From Histomonas meleagridis 2922-C6/04-290x (taxonomy: Eukaryota > Protista > Parabasalia), in assembly GCA_020184695.1 (NCBI GenBank), contig JAANOX010000247.1, positions 62,001 to 126,000 on the forward strand: 64,000 bases of DNA, read 5' to 3'. The first letter of the stretch is position 1. Each line of letters begins with the position of its first letter. Below the pieces are notes generated by a model. That model was not told where the DNA came from and made no database searches. It worked only from the letters and a program-made list of their open reading frames with translations. This document shows, in pieces, positions 21,458 to 29,645 of this stretch. Both the position numbers and the translations under genes were made by a program.

Positions 21458-23935
21458 TTACCTCAATCTAAACGTCGAGAATCTTCTTTTCTCTCCATTT
21501 TCTACTCTCAGTAGGAATTGTATTGGGGAATTCCTTTGCGTCAGCAATTGTTCTAGTTCCGATATAATATGTTGATGTCTATTATCGACATTTCTTTTGC
21601 ATATATTAATTGACGACGTAATTTTAAAGTTCGCGTTATAGAACAAAGTTTCCAAGTTGTTCATGTCCTTATTCGCCTTCGGATATCTGAGGATCATCTT
21701 AAACACTTGTATCAACTTCCTCCAATTACGCGAAGGTAAAATATTTGCAACTGCTTTCAACATTTCGACGTCATCGATAATTTGAGCCAAAACTTTTGGA
21801 TGATATATAATTATATCTCTAATGACTCTAAACACCGAAGTTTGGACTTTTATATCTTCGCTTTTCATTAACTTCAAAAGTTCATTAATAAATGTCTTAT
21901 AACCTTTCAAGAATAACGCAGACGACTTATGGAACATAATCTTCTTCATACTTCGAATGATTATAATTTTCCCGGAGTTTTCTTTCTCGATAATTAATGC
22001 GGAAAATGTAACTGATTCAAGTTGTGAGATTTCACTTTCATAATTGTTAATCGGATGCGTGATTAATATCGTGTGACAAAAGGTAAAAACAGAATAAAAT
22101 AATCGATATAAACTATCATTGATTGATCCCATGTTAATTAAATTCGAGACAAATAATAATATCCAACTTAAGTCATTAGCGGGTGAGTTAGGACTTACTT
22201 TGGTATGCATTAAGTTCTCGAGAAATCGAATGTATTCAGTGTTATCTGCAATGAGATCTAAGAACCCATTAAATTGAGTGAATTGCTCTAAAAATAATAC
22301 GCGTAATGTTTGGCTTTCAATGATTTTATTTGTGATCTTTAAGAAGATACGTGGTGATCTTTTAGATAAGTTATTTAAATAGACAAAAATTGGAGGTGAA
22401 AATGATTGTATTACATCAGACACATGTTTAATACCTGATGATAAAATAGAACATAAAATATCACATGCAAACGCATCATCTTTAATGGAATTAAAGATTT
22501 GCGAAATACGTGCATAATGATAACCTAAAAATGACTCTGTTGGCTCAGTCAATAAATGTAAATATTTGGTGAAGAATGCATAGCCTTTCTTATCACCAAA
22601 TATTGGATCGCCATATAAATCCTTTAAATGTGAACAGATATGAAAACTCATAAATATGTTTTGAATGGTAGATAAAAAGCCGGAATGTTCACCATATGTT
22701 AATGAATCAATATTATAATATGGAACAATATCTTTCCGTGAATCAGTGAATTCAGCAATTATTAAATAAGCCCGATATAATAATTGTAAATCACTAATGA
22801 TCGATTCAACAAAAGAATTCCCTTGGGCGAAAACCGCTCGTAAAGCACAGAAAATAAAATAACGTACTTCAAACGAACTCGTGCTTTCATAAGTGTCAAT
22901 TAGCATTTGAATGTGCGGTTTTGTCGACGATAGGCTGGAGATTGACTCGGGAATTTCACTGAAGTGGCAAATCGAAAGACCTTTAAATAACTTGTTGTAG
23001 GAGAAAGGATCTTCACAGCCAAACTCAATACAGCTAACTGCAATGGAGCGACACGTTTCTTGAAAAGCAGGAAATTCAATTTTTTCATGTGAATCTGGTT
23101 GAATAAATTTGGAATAGGATTCCCAGAGCTTGCTAATTGGCTCCTTAAGTTTGGACTCATCAAATGAGAGAGAAACAGGAAATTGTTTTATTTGTACGGG
23201 TTCTTTAACAATTTGGATGGGTGTTGGTGGCTCTTCAATGGTCGCGTGGATGTTAAGAATTGGTTCCATATCAATGGAATGAAGAGGTATTGTGATTTGT
23301 TTTGATGTAATTTCATACCATTTTCGCATGGCATATGCATACTCTTCATACGTTTTGAAGGACTGGGCCACTGGCTTTTGTAAAATTAATTTGCTGTTCC
23401 ATGGAACTTCTGGTTGAAAGTGATATTTAATTGGAATCTTTTCATTGCGAGGTCCTCCAGCAGGAAAATATTCTTCTTTTATAGGAATCCCTGATATGAT
23501 AGAAGAACATAATGAAAGATAATTTGCAGGATAAAGAGGCGTGTTTACAACTGAAAATGTTTTGGCTGCAAGTCTGTTCTGTGGGGTATAAGGTGTTTTT
23601 TCTTGAATTGTAGGAACATGACATTCAGCAAGCCTTTGAAATGAAAATCCAACAGGAACTGGAAGAATATATGATGCTTTTAAATCATTAAACTGAAAGT
23701 AATAATCCCAAATCGCACGTTTATACTCTTGAATTGTATTGAAGTTAGAAGGATCTGGAATTGGTCGTTTATTTTCTCCCTGGGTTTTTATGTCTTTATC
23801 CAAAAGATTATAAAATTTGGAATAGACATCACCATTTGGTGCAACGTACATAGGAACAGAATCTGTGAATTCGGCTGGTGTTTCTTCTGGAATATTCACC
23901 TTGTACGTCGTCCCAAAAGCTGTTGGAATCTCCAT
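21458..23935 (-). CDS. Conserved hypothetical protein, Pro-rich N-terminus with duplicated FxTxxEYxxAxxxW motif and helical C-terminal half
   Basis: 825-aa ORF; FNTIQEYKRAIWDYY and FKTYEEYAYAMRKWY are internal repeats. Confidence 0.8.
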   Translation of the reverse strand: MEIPTAFGTTYKVNIPEETPAEFTDSVPMYVAPNGDVYSKFYNLLDKDIKTQGENKRPIPDPSNFNTIQEYKRAIWDYYFQFNDLKASYILPVPVGFSFQRLAECHVPTIQEKTPYTPQNRLAAKTFSVVNTPLYPANYLSLCSSIISGIPIKEEYFPAGGPRNEKIPIKYHFQPEVPWNSKLILQKPVAQSFKTYEEYAYAMRKWYEITSKQITIPLHSIDMEPILNIHATIEEPPTPIQIVKEPVQIKQFPVSLSFDESKLKEPISKLWESYSKFIQPDSHEKIEFPAFQETCRSIAVSCIEFGCEDPFSYNKLFKGLSICHFSEIPESISSLSSTKPHIQMLIDTYESTSSFEVRYFIFCALRAVFAQGNSFVESIISDLQLLYRAYLIIAEFTDSRKDIVPYYNIDSLTYGEHSGFLSTIQNIFMSFHICSHLKDLYGDPIFGDKKGYAFFTKYLHLLTEPTESFLGYHYARISQIFNSIKDDAFACDILCSILSSGIKHVSDVIQSFSPPIFVYLNNLSKRSPRIFLKITNKIIESQTLRVLFLEQFTQFNGFLDLIADNTEYIRFLENLMHTKVSPNSPANDLSWILLFVSNLINMGSINDSLYRLFYSVFTFCHTILITHPINNYESEISQLESVTFSALIIEKENSGKIIIIRSMKKIMFHKSSALFLKGYKTFINELLKLMKSEDIKVQTSVFRVIRDIIIYHPKVLAQIIDDVEMLKAVANILPSRNWRKLIQVFKMILRYPKANKDMNNLETLFYNANFKITSSINICKRNVDNRHQHIISELEQLLTQRNSPIQFLLRVENGEKRRFSTFRLR

Positions 23936-24139
23936 ATTTTTTTATCAACTTTTTTTGGCACGATAGGGTAAACCACACAATTTTATTTTCTGAGTCAACA
24001 TTGTTTTTGCAAAAATGTTTTAGATTATATTGGTTTATATAAACATTTTATTTGTAGTAACATAACAAAGGCGCTGAATTAAGCCCAGAAAGAACGTGAC
24101 CTTAAGCCCAAAAGCAAAAATAAATAAAAACTTCTTTGA

Positions 24140-24204
24140 ACTTAATTAAATGAGTTTGTTTGGTTTGCTATATATAAATGGAAAGAAACAAACTCTAATT
24201 AAGT
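24140..24204. repeat. Imperfect intergenic inverted repeat (19 bp paired)
   Basis: acttaatta-(aat)-gagtttgttt (24140-61) pairs with aaacaaactc-taattaagt (24186-204); 24-nt loop. Confidence 0.75.
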
Positions 24205-24278
24205 AAAAAGCGTTTTTATTTATTTCTGTAGTTTTGTGCCATATTTTGGACTTAATCCGGCGTCTTAAATAATTATAA

Positions 24279-25091
24279 TTAATATTGTTCTTGTTGATCT
24301 ATAGCTTGCCAATTTTTAGGATATATTGTGACAAATTTCTCTGGAACATTTTGAATATTATCATCTCCAAAATCAAGTGTGTATCCTCTTTCTTCATCTG
24401 GTGGTTTCTCGTTGGGCTGTAGTTTTACAGTTGCTTTGTAAAACACTGTTGACCATTGTTCGTCTGTTTTATAAAGTGAAAGAACTAAGCTATTCTTTGC
24501 ATGCTCCCATCTCTTTATTGGTTTTTGTGGGATCACAGTCGTTAGTGGAGTCCAATCTTCATCTTTTAGTTGGATTGCTTTGATTCCATTATCAATATCT
24601 GTTGGATCATAGGCTACACATGTTTCGCCATCATTACTAAGGATAACCATTAAAATGTATGAGTTGTTGTACCGTGCACATATGTATTTTCCTGGATTCT
24701 TTTTATTTTTGTAAGCATAACATCCACAATAAGGAGGATTCATAGACATTGTCTTGATTTTCGATTTGAAAAAGTCATTAAGGAGATCTGTAACTTCGTC
24801 TTTTGATGGAAGATTTGGTCCTGAAGAATTATCTTCAATTGGATTTTGAGCTAACAAAGTGTTAATATATTTTATAAACTGTGGAACAATGCAAAAAGCT
24901 TCATGGTATTCTTGAGTTATGGCGGTGTTTAAACTATGAATATCTTCAATAATGTGTTTTTTTTGGTTAATATCTCTTGTTGATTGAAGTTTCTTTTCTT
25001 TAGCTGCGATGGACTTAATAGAGTTATTTAAATTTTCGATACATAGACTAATTTCTTGATTTTTCTTGAGAAAATCAATTCCAACCTTCAT
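24279..25091 (-). CDS. SGF29: SGF29-like tandem Tudor protein
   Basis: N-terminal coiled coil, PPYCGC, then Tudor-type C-terminus VLSLYK...WSTVFYKATV...GYTLDFGDD. The ORF-track start at 25175 is TTG; the first in-frame ATG is at 25091. Confidence 0.8.
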   Translation of the reverse strand: MKVGIDFLKKNQEISLCIENLNNSIKSIAAKEKKLQSTRDINQKKHIIEDIHSLNTAITQEYHEAFCIVPQFIKYINTLLAQNPIEDNSSGPNLPSKDEVTDLLNDFFKSKIKTMSMNPPYCGCYAYKNKKNPGKYICARYNNSYILMVILSNDGETCVAYDPTDIDNGIKAIQLKDEDWTPLTTVIPQKPIKRWEHAKNSLVLSLYKTDEQWSTVFYKATVKLQPNEKPPDEERGYTLDFGDDNIQNVPEKFVTIYPKNWQAIDQQEQY

Positions 25092-25639
25092 TAATCGAGC
25101 ATTCAATAGTTTATTTTCTTTTTTTCTGTAACAGTAACGTCTTTTTCTAATTAGCACTTTTTGATAAATTATCAAAATATTAAATGTGGATATAGAGAAA
25201 AAAGTTCTTTACTTCTTCTCCATAATATTACTAGTTTTTTTTTGATTTTATATGGGTGATAAATCAAATAATTTACTGGAATAAAAACCAATTAGTTTTT
25301 TCTAAATTTGTATAACATAACATGATGATCATGAATTCATCACAATCATAATAAACTATTCAAAAGCTGGATTTCTGGAGATCCCCCAAGCTAATCCGTT
25401 AGTAACGTAAATATGAGTCATATAAAAGGATATCATATTCATAAAAAATTTATAACATTGTTAAAATTTTAAATTACACATTATGTATAAAATATGCGAA
25501 AAAAATCAGAGATTCTATTATTAAGTTTTGAAATCAAATTCGTTCAGAAATCAACAAAGAAACCACCCTAACACACCTTTAGAATAGAAATTCAGAGACC
25601 GTTTATCTGGTGAACTCCTCCAAGGCTTGATCGCATATA

Positions 25640-28171
25640 ATGCCTAGAAAAACCCAGAAACAAAAAATCAACAAATCTACAAAAAGGGAAAGTTTAAGTT
25701 TTGGTGATCAAGAACTTCTTAAAAAATTCCTTATTCCACTTGAACAAATTGTATTTAATTTATCAGAAGAAAATCTTGAATCATCAGTTCAACAAACAAT
25801 GGAGTTATTTGATTCAAGCTACCCATATTCATTTAACCTTATTATAAGTAAATTAGTTTATTTTTCGTTTTGTTCAAAACAGGAAGTAAATGATGTTTAT
25901 TTAAAGTACCTAAAAAATATACAAACACAAGAAGAAAAATTAAAAAAGAACAATTCAAACATCGTTAAATGTTTTGTTGATTATATCTCTAAGATCAAAT
26001 CACATGAAGCTTATTATTTTATTGAGAAAATGATTGATGAAGATTTAATTGATGAAGAAGTCACAAAAAATATTGAATCAAAATATTTTGCACATCATCA
26101 AAATGATAAAGTTTTTTACTCTCCTAAACGACGATATTATTGGAATCATTTCCATGAAAACACAATTGATCAATCATTAAAAAATGCAAGAGATGTTAAA
26201 AAGAATGATTGGGAACTTCATAAGAAATTAATTAATGAAGGAATGAATGAAAATGAAATCTCAAAAATAATACGAAATGATGATATCGAAAAACTTCAAG
26301 AAATAGTATCACAAAATGATTTCGATTTCAATCAAAGAATAGAGCCATCATTATATGAAAAGAATTCATATATTAATGAGAATAGTGTTACACTTATTGA
26401 TTATGCAGCATTTTTTGGATCAGTTAAATGTTTTAAATTCTTGTTGTTAAATAATTGTAATATCGAAAGTTCAGGTAAATATGCAATTGCTGGTGGAAAC
26501 TTAGAGATAATTCATTTGTGTGAACAAAATCATTCATCATTTAAAGATGCATATGTAACTGCAATTGCATTTCATCGAAATGATATCTTTAAATATATAT
26601 ATGAAAATGAAATCGAAAAAATTAATAAACCGAAATCTCAAAATTTCCCAAATCATATTTATTATAGATCATATTCTCCTACATTTTTTGGTATATATTC
26701 GTCTGAAAATCATAACTTTGGTGATGATCAAATATTAAAATATTTAATATATTTATGTATTGTCTATTCGAATTATGAAATTTTATCATTTTTCGAAGAA
26801 AAAGATAATCTTAAAATTGATGATTTCCTTTTTTCAATATGTGCTTCGACTGGGAATTTATATCTTTTTAAATATTTTCTTCAAATTAATGAAGTTCCTA
26901 AAGAAATTTTATCTGGAGCTTTTGAATCGGAAAATATCGAACTTATTAAGTATGTTATTGACTTAGAAGGAATTGATATTAATGCTAAATCTGATATTTT
27001 TTTGTTTAGTTTAGAGTATATTCCTATGATTTTGGAATGTATATATATAATATTTGGAGATTATTTTGATCTTTTTCACCTGCAATTGTAAATGCAGCAG
27101 AAAAAGGTTATATTGATATTGTCAAAATGCTTCTCGAAAAAGAAGAAGTTAATGTTAATGTTAGAGGCATTTATTTTTATTTTTTGGAAATTGTTTTTAT
27201 CATTTTGGGAAATTTAAAGTAAATTTTTGGATTTTGTTTAAATAATTTGAAACAGCTCTTATGAAAGCATCTGAAAAAGGAAACACTGAAATAGTTAAAT
27301 TACTTCTTAAACAAAAAGATATTGAAATTAATGCTTTTAATAATATTTTATTTCATATCAAATTTATTTTAATAATTTCGAGGTGATTCATAATGACATT
27401 TGAAACAGCTTTTATTTTAGCATCTAAAAATAGTCATTTAGATATAGTAAAATTATTTATGAAGCAAAATGAAATTGATATTGGAACTCCAAATATTTTT
27501 TCCTTTAATTTAATATTCGTTTTAATAATTTTATATTTCGAAATAATATTTGGTAATCATTCATATTATTTAATACAGCACTTATTTTGGAAGCAAGATT
27601 TGGACACACAAATATAGTTAAAATGTTACTTAAAGAAAAAGATATAAAAATTAATGCTAAAAATATAATTTTTCTTTATTTAAAGTTTATTTTGCTGATT
27701 AAAAGTTCCTAAAAAATATTTGGAAATTATTTCAATTATATAAAACAGCACTTATGTATGCAGCTAAAAAAGGTCATACTGATATAGTTAAAATACTTCT
27801 TAAGCAAAAGAAAATTAAAGTTAATATGCAAAATGTTTATTCTTTTTACATAAAGTTCATTTTAATAATCTCGATATGTTTCAGAATAATATTCGGAAAT
27901 TATTCAAATTATTTGAAACAGCACTTATTTTGGCTGCTAAAAATGGTCATACAGAAATAGTTAAGTTACTTCTTGATCAAGAAAATATCGAAACAACTTT
28001 CATAAATATTTTTTCGTTTTGCAAAAAATTTGTTTGAACAATTTAAAATTTATAATTAATATTTGGAAATTATTCAAATTATTTCAAACAGCTCTTATGC
28101 TCGCTTCGAAATATGGCTACAAAGAAATTGTAGATTTACTTAGTGAAAAATCTTCAAAAAATTCAACTTAA
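25640..28171 (+). CDS. DUF3447/ankyrin-repeat protein; contiguous to 26995, then interrupted by 27 spacers of 17 nt; reconstructed length 690 aa
   Basis: DUF3447-type segment (IRNDDIEKLQ, TLIDYAAFFGSVKCFKFL, YAIAGGNLEIIHLCE). Seven further ankyrin repeats start at 27079, 27252, 27405, 27575, 27745, 27918 and 28088 in rotating frames. 2532 nt minus 27x17 nt = 2073 nt = 690 codons + TAA. Confidence 0.8.
26996..28084 (+). other. Array of 27 non-GT-AG 17-nt intervening spacers separating 3-6 nt micro-exons in ankyrin hairpin linkers
   Basis: Spacer starts: 26996, 27016, 27039, 27059; 27169, 27189, 27212, 27232; 27342, 27362, 27385; 27495, 27515, 27535, 27555; 27665, 27685, 27705, 27725; 27835, 27855, 27878, 27898; 28008, 28028, 28048, 28068. 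Each is 17 nt and in phase 0; 26/27 start with a purine and 20/27 end in TTT. Confidence 0.8.
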
Positions 28172-28498
28172 TAACAAAATATTAAAATGGTTAACCAATT
28201 TTTTTCAGTATTTATAAAACCTAAAAAACCTTACTCTTTTCATATTTTAAATATTAAAACACCTTTTTCATAGATTATGTAATTGTATATAAAATTGATT
28301 ATTTCGAGGATAATGTAATACATTTCATTAAGTTTCCTTGACTATAATATAATACTTGTGTAAAATTATATTTATTCTATTTATTGGTAAAAACACTTTT
28401 ATTTAAAGAATGAAAACCGTTAACGAACACAATTACAATAATTCTATAATTTACTTGAACGTCTTATGGCATTTTATAATCATAAACTACAAAACTGA

Positions 28499-29296
28499 AT
28501 GAATGACTTGCTACCAATTATATCATCATTTATAATGTTTATATTGGGCCTTGCAGGGATTCTCATTACAAGACTGATTAAACACATTAATTGGTTTTAT
28601 TCAATGTCATTTGTATCTGGATCATTTTTTGGATTGACACTACTTCACTTTATTCCAGAAGCAGTGTTTTTTTTCAGAAATCAAAAGTACCCTATTTATT
28701 CATTTATTATTATAGGCATTTTTGCGTTTTTTTCACTTCTTGAATCTAAAAAGCCAAAAGAAAAATCATCAATAATATATATGGATATTAGCGAGATGAT
28801 AAATCAACACTATGAATTAGTACCATCCATTTTGATGCGAGTTTTAATTTCAATTTTTCTTTTTCTTCATTCTATTATCATTGGAATTGGAATCACACTC
28901 AATTTTGCAACTAGCACACTTAACGCACAAATAATTATTGCTACAATTCTTGAAAGACTTTGTGATTCTTTTACATTTGCTGCATTTATTGGAAACAACA
29001 AAATAAATAAAGTTTTTTATTGGATTTTAATGAGCCTTTATTGTTTGTCGACACCTGCTGCCATTATCGGATTTAATTATTCTAACACACATATAAAAAT
29101 CAACGATAATCAGGATATAATAGGGGCCTTAGCTTCAGTTTCTGCAGGCGCGTATATTTTTGTTGGTGTTCTCTTCTGGAGGAAATGTTTTCTCGATCCA
29201 TTTGAATTTAAGAAAAAAGAATACATAGTAATCTCATTAATCTTTGCCTTCGGAATTATCATACATACACTAACATCAATCCCAAGCAAAAGTTAA
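28499..29296 (+). CDS. ZIP-family metal transporter
   Basis: Multiple TM segments; SGSFFGLTLLHFIPEA, FLHSIIIGIGI, SVSAGAYIFVG. Confidence 0.85.
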   Translation: MNDLLPIISSFIMFILGLAGILITRLIKHINWFYSMSFVSGSFFGLTLLHFIPEAVFFFRNQKYPIYSFIIIGIFAFFSLLESKKPKEKSSIIYMDISEMINQHYELVPSILMRVLISIFLFLHSIIIGIGITLNFATSTLNAQIIIATILERLCDSFTFAAFIGNNKINKVFYWILMSLYCLSTPAAIIGFNYSNTHIKINDNQDIIGALASVSAGAYIFVGVLFWRKCFLDPFEFKKKEYIVISLIFAFGIIIHTLTSIPSKS

Positions 29297-29645
29297 AAAG
29301 ATTTATTTTAGCAACAATCAAAAACGATCAAACTAAATTGAATATATGTTCAAAAAGTTTTATCACGACGTTTTTACATTCAAATTATAACCAAATCAAT
29401 GTTCGTTACAATAAAATACAACCGCAATTATTTTGGAGCCAAGAACCCATTCAAAAATTTAAAAGCAAAACACCAAAAATTGGTCTGGCTAAAAATACAA
29501 TTATCTCAATAATTTAATAATATAATCAATAAATATTAATATATGATATTTTAAATAATATGAGATACATTATTTATCAGTTCGCTGTGATAATTTTATG
29601 AATACATTGATATTTTTCGATTTTGTCAATCTGACAAACAAAGTA

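Noticed and set aside
25092-25175. TTG-initiated N-terminal extension of SGF29
   Set aside because: Non-ATG start, and the extension looks like AT-rich 5' flank.
27393-27960. ORFs 27393-27617 and 27754-27960, and the stop at 27091, as separate small genes
   Set aside because: They are single ankyrin repeats reading into unspliced spacers.
26996-28087. Canonical GT-AG (or AT-AC) introns ending at the recurrent ACAG of the Thr-Ala codons
   Set aside because: The AG lies in phase 1 while the only junction GT (27835) is phase 0. Junction 0 has CCTG instead of ACAG, there is no branch motif, and such splicing would delete the conserved Thr.
26996-28087. A single programmed -1 frameshift per junction
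   Set aside because: Six of seven junctions shift by -1, but junction 1 has stops in both relevant frames (27220, 27243) and junction 2 is in frame with a TGA. Read-through would also insert about 23 hydrophobic residues into each hairpin.
27079-28171. Ordinary decayed ankyrin pseudogene, or CRISPR-like repeat-spacer array
   Set aside because: The coding segments have no lesions and the interruptions are position- and length-invariant, unlike the real pseudogene at 51422. The repeated unit is protein-coding and diverged, and there are no cas genes. Non-function is not formally excluded without expression data.
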